A stretch of DNA of 64,000 nucleotides from a bacterium (GCA_963669175.1 OY769902.1:3776001-3840000); one strand, 5' to 3'; positions 1 to 10,302 are shown, counted from the stretch's first letter. Numbers and translations are program-made. The notes: generated by a model not told the origin, from the letters alone.

Positions 1-2092
1 GGAATCGAGGCAACGGTTTCACGACAATCTCCTCCATGCTTTCAACCGCATCGACTTTCGCCGCGAAAGTCTTTTCACCTGCACGAATGATCAGAATATT
101 CAGTGGCTTATGGCCATTCGTTTTTTCAATCGGATTGATATCACCATGAAACAGAACATCTTCCAGATAGACCAGGGGAATCAGAGTATCTCGCAGGCGC
201 AGCAGGCTGACACCTTGCACTTTGTTGATTCGTTCGTTGATCTCATGGGGGCGTATACGAACCAGCTCTTCAAGGTTGGCTTGTGGAAGAATGAATCGTT
301 GATCTCCGACACGTACCACAAGACCGGTAATGATAGCCAGCGTAAGGGGCAACATCAGTCCCATCCTGGTACCTTCACCAACCTGTGATTGAATATCTAC
401 CGTTCCACCAATCTGCTCGATATTGGTGATGACGACATCCATACCAACACCACGACCGCTGACGCTGGTGATTTTTTCGGCCGTTGAGAAACCCGGACGG
501 AAAATCAGACGAACCTTGTCAAGGTCGCTCATATTTCCCGCTTCATCTTCATCAATCAGACCTTTCTTGATTGCTGAAGCAGCGATTTTTTCCGGATCGA
601 TACCTTTCCCATCATCCACGATATCAATATGAACCTGTCCGCCTTCGTGGTAAGCTTCCAGCCTGATATGGCCTTGTCTTGGCTTGCCAAGCTTTTCGCG
701 TTCATCCGGTGATTCTATCGCATGATCGACAGAATTGCGGATCAGGTGGGTAAGCGGGTCAACCAGCGCTTCAATAATGGATTTATCCAGTTCAACTTCC
801 TCGCCGCTGGATGCCAGTACGATTTCCTTCTTGAATTGTTTGCTCAGGTCACGGACTACACGGGGGAATTTTCCGAACAGCAGGGAAACAGGCTGCATGC
901 GAAGATGCATAATCCGTTCCTGCATTTCACTGGTTACCCATGATATGCTCTGCAGGATTGGATTCAGCCCCTGAACTTCCTTTGCCAGGGGAAGCGTTGT
1001 CTGCAATAGCTGGTTTCGACTCAGCACCAGCTCACCGGCCAGATCGACCAGATCGTTCAGCAAACGAACACTGACACGCAGCTTTTCATCGGTCTGAACC
1101 TGTGCAATCTTTGCTGCTGGTTTCTTATCCTTTGTTTTTTCAGGCTTTTCTTTTTCATCGTCCTCTGCTTTCGCTGCCTGTGCCTGCTCTTCTGGTTTTT
1201 GTGTTTCCTGTTTCACTTTAGCCGACGCCGAAGTTGAAGCTGACTTCGCGTGTTTTTCCTGCTCTTTCTTAATCGCTTCCTTTAGTTTCCTGGAGTATTC
1301 TGAGATATCAACCCTGCTGATTGTTTCCTCTGGAAGTTCAAGCCCGACATTGGCCAAATCCGGATCAAGCACTGTGGCGAAAAGGAAAATCAGGACAGGG
1401 TCACTGCCAAAACAGGCTTCCAGACCAACCAGTGATGATTCGTCTATCCTGGATCCAATGATACGTCCAAGCTTGCCAATTTCAGCAAAGTAGTCTTCCA
1501 GGTTGTCGCCTTTTCCAGCCAATACCGACTGAATTCCAACCGTAACCTTATATAAATACTCCCCTGATCGTGCTACCTTTTTCAGCAACTCCTCATCAAG
1601 CTCAAATTCCTCTATCAATTCGGCAGCATTATCATCAGGCGCCGGTTCCTGTTCGGTTTTGGTAGCAGGTGTTTTCTCTTCCTGCTTCTTCCCGGACTTT
1701 TCGTCTTCGCCACCGTTACGAACTTTCTTTATTGCTTCAACTGCCTCCTCGATTTCAACCTCTTCTGATGAAGCCACGTCATTCACCATGGTATTCATCA
1801 GGTCAACACCATCAAGCAGTACGTCAATAACATCCTCAGTAATCTGCATTTTGCCTTCACGCATCAGCGAAAGCAAACTCTCCATTTCGTGACTGAGTGT
1901 ACTGATATTCTGGAAACCAAAAAAACCGGCAGCGCCTTTAATACTGTGAATCGCCCGAAAGATCCTGTTTACTACTTCCTTTTCAACCTCACCAAGGTGC
2001 TGTTCCATTTCGAGCAGGTCCGGCTCAACATTGGAAAGGTGCTGTTGCGCTTCCTCAATAAAACCGGCAATCAGTTCTTTATCGTCAATCAT
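1..2092 (-). CDS. cheA: Chemotaxis histidine kinase CheA (3' part runs off the window)
   Basis: Manual translation from ATG at 2092 gives MIDDKELIAGFIEEAQQHL...IFRAIHSIKGAAGFFG (Hpt domain), LRVSVRLLNDLVDLAGELVL, HLIRNSVDH (HATPase N-box), FSTAEKITSVSGRGVGMDVV and a CheW-like domain. It is missing from the ORF track because there is no stop inside the window. Confidence 0.95.
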   Translation of the reverse strand, partial: MIDDKELIAGFIEEAQQHLSNVEPDLLEMEQHLGEVEKEVVNRIFRAIHSIKGAAGFFGFQNISTLSHEMESLLSLMREGKMQITEDVIDVLLDGVDLMNTMVNDVASSEEVEIEEAVEAIKKVRNGGEDEKSGKKQEEKTPATKTEQEPAPDDNAAELIEEFELDEELLKKVARSGEYLYKVTVGIQSVLAGKGDNLEDYFAEIGKLGRIIGSRIDESSLVGLEACFGSDPVLIFLFATVLDPDLANVGLELPEETISRVDISEYSRKLKEAIKKEQEKHAKSASTSASAKVKQETQKPEEQAQAAKAEDDEKEKPEKTKDKKPAAKIAQVQTDEKLRVSVRLLNDLVDLAGELVLSRNQLLQTTLPLAKEVQGLNPILQSISWVTSEMQERIMHLRMQPVSLLFGKFPRVVRDLSKQFKKEIVLASSGEEVELDKSIIEALVDPLTHLIRNSVDHAIESPDEREKLGKPRQGHIRLEAYHEGGQVHIDIVDDGKGIDPEKIAASAIKKGLIDEDEAGNMSDLDKVRLIFRPGFSTAEKITSVSGRGVGMDVVITNIEQIGGTVDIQSQVGEGTRMGLMLPLTLAIITGLVVRVGDQRFILPQANLEELVRIRPHEINERINKVQGVSLLRLRDTLIPLVYLEDVLFHGDINPIEKTNGHKPLNILIIRAGEKTFAAKVDAVESMEEIVVKPLPRF

Positions 2093-2408
2093 TGGAATTC
2101 CCCTCCCCATTGATCAGAAAAAGCTTATGCATGCCCAGATTTTCGGTTAGTGAAACCATACTCTCACTCGAATTTACAATACTCGCAACACGTTCTTTTT
2201 CAAGTAGTTCCCTGGAAATACCCAGCAGGAGTATAGCGCCTTTTGCATCAATAGCATTCACTCCAGTGAAATCAATTTCAAGTGAATCCCATTTCCCAGG
2301 TTCTTCTTGCGCTTGTAAAAGAATATCATATACTTCATCTACAATAACCCCGGCCAGATCAGCTTCCGGACATACTGTCAATATTCCGTTTTCGATGTTG
2401 CTTTTCAT
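2085..2408 (-). CDS. STAS-domain (anti-sigma-factor antagonist-like) protein
   Basis: IDFTGVNAIDAKG resembles the STAS D-x-S-G motif; GGAGG RBS before ATG 2408; stop overlaps the cheA start (ATGATTGA). Confidence 0.75.
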   Translation of the reverse strand: MKSNIENGILTVCPEADLAGVIVDEVYDILLQAQEEPGKWDSLEIDFTGVNAIDAKGAILLLGISRELLEKERVASIVNSSESMVSLTENLGMHKLFLINGEGNSND

Positions 2409-2833
2409 GGTATTGACGCCTCCAATTCCTGCAGTCGGAATCCGTTGGGATTGTCCTTTAGACAAAATGATTTGTCTATTGTTGAGAACTCCGAATTATT
2501 AACCTTTTTTTCAACGTCACTTTGCAGTATTTGGTCAAGATAACCTCCTGTATAAAATGCTCCTACTGTGTTTTCCCCAAAAGTGTTGCTCATGGAAACA
2601 AATGCCTGCCCCCCTTTATCGTGCTTGCAGATCAGTCCATGAAAAGGGTATTTTGATGTTATACTGTTTCTTGAGAAATCATGACTGAAGACAAGCGTGA
2701 AGATTGTAGACAATTCATGATTATATCGTCCGAAAAACTATTGCTGAAACCGATTTTTAACTCAGCAAGATTACATGCATAGACCTGTCATCGAAGATTC
2801 TTGAACCGTTCATTCAACGTAAAGGGGGAATTG

Positions 2834-5800
2834 ATGAATCGACGGATACCAGTGTTTTTCTTCATATTGTTACTGCTTGCTACGTCAGCAGTAGCCGATT
2901 CTGAAATTCTCGGCACCTCCCGAGTACAGGAAACGGTAAACGGCATTCTGCAACAACGCATTCAAACCCTTGATCCCAGTGTCCCTGTTCAACCGATTCC
3001 TGACTTCTTCAACAACTTCGAACTGGATGAATACGGCGAAGAGTTGTGGTCTGATTCGGATCCCACCGGCATCATGAACTATATGGATATCAGTGATGAC
3101 GGTTCCATTATTGTGGTGGGGGTTTCTCTGAATAACGATCGTATGATCGTTTACGATGGCGAAACAGGCGATACTCTGTATCAGTTCACCAGTGATAACG
3201 AAGGCTTCGATGTTTGCATCTCAGGTAACGGGAACTATATCGGATGCACCAATTCCCGTTACTTTAACCTGCTCACTTCGGAATCCAACACTCCTGTCTG
3301 GACCTACGATGCAGGCGATGGCTATCGTTCCTATACAGCCGATATCAACTATGACGGCAGCCTGGTTGTTGTAGCCGGTTTGTCGCCTACAGGCGAAGAT
3401 TACTGGGTATCGGCGTTCAACAGCGAAAGCAACACACCGCTCTGGACCCAGACTTTTGATCCGTCCCTCACATCAGGCTGGTATGGCGTAACCATCTCCG
3501 GCGACGGTAGTATCGTTGCGGTGAACGGGAAGTACCATGCTTACCTGCTGGATACGGACGATGGTTCTGTCTTGTGGGATTTCGACACCAACAACACCGA
3601 ATCGCCTGTCCGGCTTTCGGATGATGGCAGTGTTGTGACAACCGGTTCACTCAGTGGCGGCCGGTTCCGTGTATTCAACTATGATCCCGGCCAGGAAACC
3701 TGGGTACTGCTTTGGGATTATGTTTTCACGGGCGGTACATCAAACTGGGTCAGCGCCACAGCCGTTTCAGCTGATGGCTCGACAGTCGCGGCGGGAAGCC
3801 TGACTTTCATGACCGGTGGCTATGGTGGACAGGTTGTTGTCTTTGACACCTATTCCGGCCCCACTCCACTGTGGACTCCGGTTGATATAGGCGACATGGT
3901 CGAAGGTCTCGCCATCAGCGAAGATGGCTATACCATCGCAGCCGCTTCCTGGGGGGATCTCAACAACGCTGAAAATGACGTTTGCGTGTTTGAGAAATAC
4001 AGCGGGGAAGCCTTCTTCGGGATGAATCATCCCGGTTCGGCCAATGGGCTTGCCATGACTCCCGATGGAACCCGCCTCATTACTGGCGGCAAAGCCGTTC
4101 ATAACCGGCAGATGGGCAACGGGGGCACATGCTACGCTATCCTCGCTGACCTGGAAGGTGGAACGATTAACGGAACCGTGACACTTTCTGGCGAAGTGGA
4201 TCATTCCGGTGTCATTGTTGAAACCGCGGATGGGCACCGTTCGACTCTGACAGATGAAGATGGAATGTTTACCCTGCACAATGTTCCGGCAGGCACGACT
4301 GAAGTCGTAGCCCGTAAACTGGGCTGGACAACCGCAACACAAACCATTGTAGTCAGCGATGGTCAGGTTGTAAACGGTGTGACATTCCAGTTATCCGGGG
4401 TTGATGATGCGCCGGAGAACCTGTCGGCAACCCAGGGCGACCTTACCAGCATCACCCTGACCTGGGATGCTGTAACTCTCATGGCGCAATGGCGTTCCGA
4501 ACAGGACAGGCTTTATGCAACTGGTGATGTAGAATTCATGGACATGAATCCTCTGACTTCACGCAGTATGCTGAATCCCGTACATGAGAACACGCCCCCC
4601 GAACTGGACGAGCTGGACGAAGCTGACTCCATCCGTGTCTGGCGCAGCGCTGTATCCGGCGGCCCCTATGTTCCGGTTACAACCATAGATGGTGATCTGA
4701 CTACGTATACCGATGAAACGGACCTCTTCCCCACACGTACCTACTACTACGTGGTCACAGCGGTTTTCGAAAACGGGGAGAGTGAATATTCAAATGAAGC
4801 GACCGGTTTTCTTGACGACAGCTATCTCATTTACAACGCCACCATCCCGGAAATGACTGCCGAGGTTACTTTTGATGGTGTCATCAGCAACGGTGAATGG
4901 GATGATGCGTTTCGTGTGGATATCTCGGATGTATTCGGCTACGATATTCCCAATGCACCGGAAACAGCCTACCTGATGATGAAATACGATGAAGAGAATG
5001 ATCTTCTTGTTATTGCCACAGAAGACTACTCGGCAAGCGAACTGGTGAATGGAGTCGGAGTAGGGTTCTATGTGGATGATGATGGCAATGGCGCATGGAC
5101 ACGAACCCGATCAGGTTCAGAGGGTAACTATTGGGCCTATTACTATACCACCGGCCCTTCACTTCGCTATCGTTCTTTGTCCGGTGCGCCATACAATTCA
5201 AGTCCATATTACACGTTTGAAGATCCGGACATCGGCTTCTCTGATGCTTCCGGGCATGTAACCTGCGAGTTTGCCATTCCCATGGGCTTCCGTGGAGAAT
5301 ACGAATTGGCGCTTTATGGTCCGGACCGGACTCCGGGAATTGGCGTATTCACCCTGAATGTGGAAGCAAATACTACCTTATTTACAGGTTGGTGGCCACA
5401 GAATATCGCGTCTATCGTTTCCAATCCTGAACAGTTTGCACCTTGCGTCATTGAAGCGGACTTGCTGGTGCCGCCCGCTGCACCAGCCGAAGTAGAGGTC
5501 AGCAGGATAAACGAGGGCGAGGCCGGAGTTGAGATCACATGGACCGATCCCATATACGGAATTGACGACCTCCCGCTTGATAACCTTGCAGGGATCGAAA
5601 TCTACCGCAACAATGAACACATGGCGACAGTGGACCCCGAGGTTCAATCTTATCAGGATCTGACCGGAAAATACGGCGGTTGGTTTGAGTACAGCGTTGC
5701 CGGATATGTTCTGGATGAAGAAAATGACCCATTTGAAGGCCCGACCTCGGCGGCAGTCGGAGCTTATAATGGTGAAGACCCGACAATTGAGGAGCTGGTT

Positions 5801-6589
5801 TACGACGATGGTTCTTACGAAACGTTTTATATCGTTGGCGGAACCGACCTGGACAACCAGTTTACTATACTCTATGACAGGCCAGCAGACGTGATAGATG
5901 AATACCTGGACCAGCAGGAATTGTATACGGTAACCCTGATGGTAAACAGCTCAAACCCGATTGGGATAGGGTTTGAAAACAACTATTTTGGTTACCCTAC
6001 TGAACTTGAGGCCGGTCCTTACTGGGTCACTCCGCCTGTGGCTCTTGAATGGTTCACGTTCCACTTCGCCGGTTCTGACAGGCCGATACTTGAATCCGAA
6101 CAGTTCTGGATCAGGCTGGAATGGGATTCCGATTCTCCAAGTTCCCCCGGAATCGCGACAGATACCAACGGTGAGATATACAACCGCTGCTATTGGTACA
6201 ACACAGACAATGGCTGGGTTGCTTTCACCGGCGGGAACTATATGGTGCGAGCTGGAGCCGGATGGTCAATTTTCCTTGAAGATGGAATCGAGGAAGAAAG
6301 CGCGGTAGTACATGAGTTCAACCTTGGCGCAAACTATCCCAATCCATTCAATCCGGAAACAGTAATTCCTTTCGAACTGGCAAACGCAGGTGATGCCAGG
6401 CTTGAAGTATTCAACACATTAGGCCAGAAAGTGGCGACACTGGTCCAAGGCGCCCAGCGAGCCGGACATCATGTTGCAATCTGGAAGGGGCACGATGATT
6501 TTGGTACGCAAGTCGCCAGCGGGATGTACCTTGTTCGCCTCTCATCCGGCAGTAAAACGGCAACAGAACGTATCCTGTTATTGAGGTAG
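2834..6589 (+). CDS. Large secreted modular protein: beta-propeller, carboxypeptidase-regulatory-like, FnIII, DOMON/CBM9-like, and C-terminal FlgD-Ig/T9SS-like sorting domain
   Basis: Signal peptide; repeated 'ISxDGS..V' blades; TDEDGMFTLHNVPAG; YYYVVTAV (FnIII); VTFDGVISNGEWDDA; C-terminal NYPNPFNPET...VASGMYLVRL. Confidence 0.85.
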   Translation: MNRRIPVFFFILLLLATSAVADSEILGTSRVQETVNGILQQRIQTLDPSVPVQPIPDFFNNFELDEYGEELWSDSDPTGIMNYMDISDDGSIIVVGVSLNNDRMIVYDGETGDTLYQFTSDNEGFDVCISGNGNYIGCTNSRYFNLLTSESNTPVWTYDAGDGYRSYTADINYDGSLVVVAGLSPTGEDYWVSAFNSESNTPLWTQTFDPSLTSGWYGVTISGDGSIVAVNGKYHAYLLDTDDGSVLWDFDTNNTESPVRLSDDGSVVTTGSLSGGRFRVFNYDPGQETWVLLWDYVFTGGTSNWVSATAVSADGSTVAAGSLTFMTGGYGGQVVVFDTYSGPTPLWTPVDIGDMVEGLAISEDGYTIAAASWGDLNNAENDVCVFEKYSGEAFFGMNHPGSANGLAMTPDGTRLITGGKAVHNRQMGNGGTCYAILADLEGGTINGTVTLSGEVDHSGVIVETADGHRSTLTDEDGMFTLHNVPAGTTEVVARKLGWTTATQTIVVSDGQVVNGVTFQLSGVDDAPENLSATQGDLTSITLTWDAVTLMAQWRSEQDRLYATGDVEFMDMNPLTSRSMLNPVHENTPPELDELDEADSIRVWRSAVSGGPYVPVTTIDGDLTTYTDETDLFPTRTYYYVVTAVFENGESEYSNEATGFLDDSYLIYNATIPEMTAEVTFDGVISNGEWDDAFRVDISDVFGYDIPNAPETAYLMMKYDEENDLLVIATEDYSASELVNGVGVGFYVDDDGNGAWTRTRSGSEGNYWAYYYTTGPSLRYRSLSGAPYNSSPYYTFEDPDIGFSDASGHVTCEFAIPMGFRGEYELALYGPDRTPGIGVFTLNVEANTTLFTGWWPQNIASIVSNPEQFAPCVIEADLLVPPAAPAEVEVSRINEGEAGVEITWTDPIYGIDDLPLDNLAGIEIYRNNEHMATVDPEVQSYQDLTGKYGGWFEYSVAGYVLDEENDPFEGPTSAAVGAYNGEDPTIEELVYDDGSYETFYIVGGTDLDNQFTILYDRPADVIDEYLDQQELYTVTLMVNSSNPIGIGFENNYFGYPTELEAGPYWVTPPVALEWFTFHFAGSDRPILESEQFWIRLEWDSDSPSSPGIATDTNGEIYNRCYWYNTDNGWVAFTGGNYMVRAGAGWSIFLEDGIEEESAVVHEFNLGANYPNPFNPETVIPFELANAGDARLEVFNTLGQKVATLVQGAQRAGHHVAIWKGHDDFGTQVASGMYLVRLSSGSKTATERILLLR

Positions 6590-6668
6590 AGCAACTTGCC
6601 TCATTAGAGGCTAACAACCTATATTGGGGCTTGGAGCGGTTGGTACTTGCATGAAGGAAGAGGCCGAG

Positions 6669-7544
6669 ATGAACAGAGCACGTTGGTCACTGCTGAGTTT
6701 GTTGGTAATCGTTGCTGCTGCTGCACTTTTCAGCGCAGGCTGCAATGAGCCAAACGAGTTCAACGCTGATGAGCTGTGGAAGTTGGAAGACTTCGCACAG
6801 AACTTTAATTACGCTGACAAAACCATCCAGATGATGAACACCTGGCGTACGGACATGGATTATGCCAAGAGCACGCTCGGCGCTGCCAATGGTGCGATTC
6901 CGTTTGATCAGGTTCTCCCCATCGGGTGGTCCGAGAACAGCGATCTGGCAGGTTGGTACCAGAGGAATTCCGCGGAAGCATATACGGAATACATTCGTTT
7001 CGACGAGAACCTCACTCCTCCGACTGACCTGTATCCGGTGAAAGTTGAGTACTACCGGTTTTCAGAATACACGCAGGAGTATTCGACGGGGACACTCGAC
7101 TATTCAACTGGCGATTCTGTCTCCCTGGCATACACCTACGACGGTGCAAATGTCAGCGCCCTTGAAGGTACCGCCTATTTCATGGATGTTGATGTCCTGT
7201 ACCAGACCAGCGGGACCAGTAGCGTAACCGGCGCTGGTATGTTCAATGCCTGGCAGGCCACTCTAAGCAACCTGTCTGCACAGGTTGGCAACCCGGCTGG
7301 TACGTATTCCATTGCGTACAACAGTTCTACCCAGCGTTCCGTAACCCGCATTGACATTATTTCTGATGCCGTGATTCTCCCGGTCAGAATTGATATCACC
7401 ATGCGTGCCAATTCTACCGGTGAAGCCAGCATTTACGTCAAGGGTGAACATCGCGCTGACATCAACTTCAGTGGTTACGACACAGAATATCACGGAACCG
7501 CCACATGGCGCGAAGGACACAGCACGGTTACCTATACCTTCTAA
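6669..7544 (+). CDS. Hypothetical lipoprotein
   Basis: Signal peptide ending in lipobox-like FSAGC; GAGG RBS; followed by a terminator. Confidence 0.75.
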   Translation: MNRARWSLLSLLVIVAAAALFSAGCNEPNEFNADELWKLEDFAQNFNYADKTIQMMNTWRTDMDYAKSTLGAANGAIPFDQVLPIGWSENSDLAGWYQRNSAEAYTEYIRFDENLTPPTDLYPVKVEYYRFSEYTQEYSTGTLDYSTGDSVSLAYTYDGANVSALEGTAYFMDVDVLYQTSGTSSVTGAGMFNAWQATLSNLSAQVGNPAGTYSIAYNSSTQRSVTRIDIISDAVILPVRIDITMRANSTGEASIYVKGEHRADINFSGYDTEYHGTATWREGHSTVTYTF

Positions 7545-7564
7545 ACACTTCTTGGAACGATATT

Positions 7565-7594
7565 ACCGGGACTGATATTCAGTCCCGGTTTTTT
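7565..7594 (+). terminator. Intrinsic terminator
   Basis: ACCGGGACTGA-tat-TCAGTCCCGGT followed by a T-run. Confidence 0.85.
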
Positions 7595-7694
7595 ATTCTA
7601 CAACGTACCATATAGATTCAAGTTAGAAACATCAGAGCAATATTTATTGTTAGACTCTGCTAACCAAAATCAGGGGTTCCCGGAGTACCAAGTT

Positions 7695-7723
7695 TTGATT
7701 CTGTAGGTATTTGTTCTTAACTT
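7695..7723 (+). promoter_or_regulatory. Putative sigma70 promoter
   Basis: TTGATT-N17-TAACTT upstream of the structured leader of the kor operon. Confidence 0.4.
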
Positions 7724-7955
7724 ACCGTTCACAAAGTGGGGCGAAAACTGCGAAGGCAGGCCCGTGATACTAAGCCATACAAACGAAGTGCTAAGACTTT
7801 CAAGCCGTTGACAAGGGATTCAATTCCTGCCCTGTTTCAACGGGCTTTTTTCGTTTTAGGGAGAACAAACTTACCGTTTTCACTTCGTTTGCATGGCCTT
7901 TTAAGTATTGAAATGCGGCATTTGTGATCCTGTTTTGTAGTATAGTCCGGAAATC

Positions 7956-7974
7956 CCTGATACCAGGTATCAGG
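7956..7974. promoter_or_regulatory. Palindromic operator candidate upstream of korD
   Basis: Perfect CCTGATACC-A-GGTATCAGG just downstream of a TATAGT (-10-like) hexamer at 7941-7946. Confidence 0.5.
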
Positions 7975-8041
7975 ATATGGGTAATGTTGTGGCCCAAAAG
8001 AGTAATTCTGTCACATACATCCCGAAGCAATGGGGAGTTGC

Positions 8042-8320
8042 ATGAGTGATCAGTATCCCCTGAAGGGGACAAGCAAGCGAAAAGGCATCACCATTGAGAT
8101 TGATGAGGTGATGTGCAAGGGATGCAATGTTTGCGTAGAAGTGTGTCCCGTTGACGCATTGGATATGGAAGGCATCGGCTCACGCTGGCAGGGATACCTT
8201 GCTGTCATCAAGGATATCGAAGCCTGCACCGGTTGCCTCCTGTGTGAACTGCAATGCCCGGATTTTGCGATTTCGGTCACAGTTCCGGACAAAAAGAAAA
8301 AAGCCGCGGCGGCAAAATAG
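8042..8320 (+). CDS. korD: 2-oxoacid:ferredoxin oxidoreductase delta subunit (2x[4Fe-4S])
   Basis: CKGCNVCVEVCP and CTGCLLCELQCPD motifs; first gene of the operon. Confidence 0.9.
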   Translation: MSDQYPLKGTSKRKGITIEIDEVMCKGCNVCVEVCPVDALDMEGIGSRWQGYLAVIKDIEACTGCLLCELQCPDFAISVTVPDKKKKAAAAK

Positions 8321-8329
8321 GGAGGTTAT

Positions 8330-9481
8330 GTGTATACCCACGACAAAGACGCAGACGTAAAGTTCTGGGCCGGGAACATCGTGGTGGCCGAGGCGGCTGT
8401 AGCAGCAGGATGTAACTTCTTCGGTGGTTACCCTATTACACCATCGTCAGAAGTTGCAGCTCATATGGCATACCTGCTGCCAAAGCACGGCGGTCACTTT
8501 ATCCAGATGGAAGATGAAATTGGTGCGATGGGATCTGTCATCGGCGCGTCGCTTGCCGGCGCCAAGGCAATGACAGCGACATCCGGTCCCGGTTTCAGCC
8601 TGAAACTCGAGAACATGGGTTTCGGGTATATGGTCGAAGCTCCATGCGTGATTGTCAATGTCATGCGTGGCGGCCCTTCCACGGGTTTGCCAACCCACCC
8701 TGCTCAAGCTGATGTGATGCAGGCGCGATGGGGAACCCATGGCGATCACTCCACCATCGCGATTGCACCTGCCTTTCACCAGGAAACGTACATGGAAACC
8801 ATCCGTGCGTTTAACCTGGCTGAACGGTTGCGTATGCCGGTGATCCTGCTGTTGGATGAAGTCCTCGGACACCTCAGTGAAGGTGTAGTGCCACCCAAGC
8901 CAGGCTCATTTGAGATCTGGGATCGTCCCAGGCCAAACCTGAAGAAGGGTGAAACGTATTATCCCTACGACACCACCAATGGTGACATTCCACCCTTCAT
9001 CCCCTATTTCGAGGGGCACAACTGGCACACGACCGGTTTGAATCATGATAAAACCGGATTCCCGACCACCGATCCAGCCACCGTTGATGCAGATGAGAGA
9101 CGGATGATCCGTAAGGTTCTGGATAACCGTGACATCATTGACAAGGTTGAATGGTTCATGGCGGATGATGCTGAGATAGGTGTTTTCAGTTTCGGCAGCA
9201 CCGCACGTGCGGCCATGGTTGCAGTAAAGCAAGCCCGTGAAAAAGGCATCAAAGCCGGTCTGATGCGACCGGTCACCATCTGGCCGTTCCCGAAAGACCA
9301 GGTTTACAAGTTTGCCAAGCAGGTCAAATCCATGGTTGTCGCAGAATTCAACCTTGGACAATTGGTCTACGAGGTCGAGCGTTCCGCGAAGTATGAATTG
9401 CCGGTAAAGCGTGTATTGAAGACCGGCGGCGTTCCGATCACACCGGCAGAAATCCTTCAAGGCATTGAGGAGGTGGCCTGA
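8330..9481 (+). CDS. korA: 2-oxoacid (2-oxoglutarate-type):ferredoxin oxidoreductase alpha subunit
   Basis: GYPITPSSE, QMEDEI, TATSGPGFSL, RGGPSTGLPT. Confidence 0.93.
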   Translation: MYTHDKDADVKFWAGNIVVAEAAVAAGCNFFGGYPITPSSEVAAHMAYLLPKHGGHFIQMEDEIGAMGSVIGASLAGAKAMTATSGPGFSLKLENMGFGYMVEAPCVIVNVMRGGPSTGLPTHPAQADVMQARWGTHGDHSTIAIAPAFHQETYMETIRAFNLAERLRMPVILLLDEVLGHLSEGVVPPKPGSFEIWDRPRPNLKKGETYYPYDTTNGDIPPFIPYFEGHNWHTTGLNHDKTGFPTTDPATVDADERRMIRKVLDNRDIIDKVEWFMADDAEIGVFSFGSTARAAMVAVKQAREKGIKAGLMRPVTIWPFPKDQVYKFAKQVKSMVVAEFNLGQLVYEVERSAKYELPVKRVLKTGGVPITPAEILQGIEEVA

Positions 9482-10302
9482 TGGCATTCGATTACTTTAA
9501 ATACTTGCGTAAAGAGAAGCTCCCGCACATGTGGTGCCCCGGATGCGGAATCGGAATCGTGTTGAAAGCGATGATCCGTGCATTTGATGACTTGCAGTGG
9601 GAGCCGGCCGATATCGCAGTCGTGTCAGGTATTGGATGTACCAGCCGCTCGCCGGGGTACCTCAACGCCAATACGCTTCACACTACACATGGTCGCGCTG
9701 CATCGTTTGCCACGGGCATCAAGATGCACCGCCCCGACAAGCATGTTGTCGTGATTTCCGGTGACGGCGATGCGTCGGCCATTGGCGGCAACCACTTGAT
9801 CCATGCCGCCAGGCGGAATATTGACCTGACCTACATCGTAAACAACAACAATATTTACGGTATGACTGGCGGTCAGTATTCCCCCACCACTCCCCTCGGC
9901 GCTAAAGCAGCGACAGCGCCTTACGGGAACCTGGAACCATCCTTCAACCTGGCAAGCCTTCTGATCGGTGCAGGTGCGACGTATGTGGCACGCGCTCATG
10001 TTGGCAACGGTCGCCAGATGTCCAAGCTGTTCCGTGATGGTTTCAACCATAAAGGCTTCTCTTTCATCGAGGTCGTCAGCAACTGCCACACCCAGTTCGG
10101 ACGTCGCAACCGGATGGCAGATCCCATGAACATGATCAAGTGGATCGGCGACCGTGCTACTCCACTAAAGAAGTGGGAATCGATGAACGAGGACGACAAG
10201 GCGATGAATTTCCCTGTCGGCGTGTTGCACCATGACAAGAATCAGCCGGAGTACACCGACACCTATGACGCCTTGATCGCCAAGCTCAAGCAAAGCGCAT
10301 AA
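9481..10302 (+). CDS. korB: 2-oxoacid:ferredoxin oxidoreductase beta subunit (TPP-binding)
   Basis: WCPGCG, SGIGC, HGRA, GDGD...NN..YGMTGGQYSPT. Confidence 0.93.
   Translation: MAFDYFKYLRKEKLPHMWCPGCGIGIVLKAMIRAFDDLQWEPADIAVVSGIGCTSRSPGYLNANTLHTTHGRAASFATGIKMHRPDKHVVVISGDGDASAIGGNHLIHAARRNIDLTYIVNNNNIYGMTGGQYSPTTPLGAKAATAPYGNLEPSFNLASLLIGAGATYVARAHVGNGRQMSKLFRDGFNHKGFSFIEVVSNCHTQFGRRNRMADPMNMIKWIGDRATPLKKWESMNEDDKAMNFPVGVLHHDKNQPEYTDTYDALIAKLKQSA

Noticed and set aside
110-2113. Short + strand ORFs
   Set aside because: Antisense to cheA.
7735-7800. c-di-GMP-I riboswitch or 6S RNA assignment
   Set aside because: Only a superficial GGCGAAAA-hairpin resemblance; the GACGCAAA segment and 6S-typical context are absent. 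Kept only as an unassigned structured RNA candidate.
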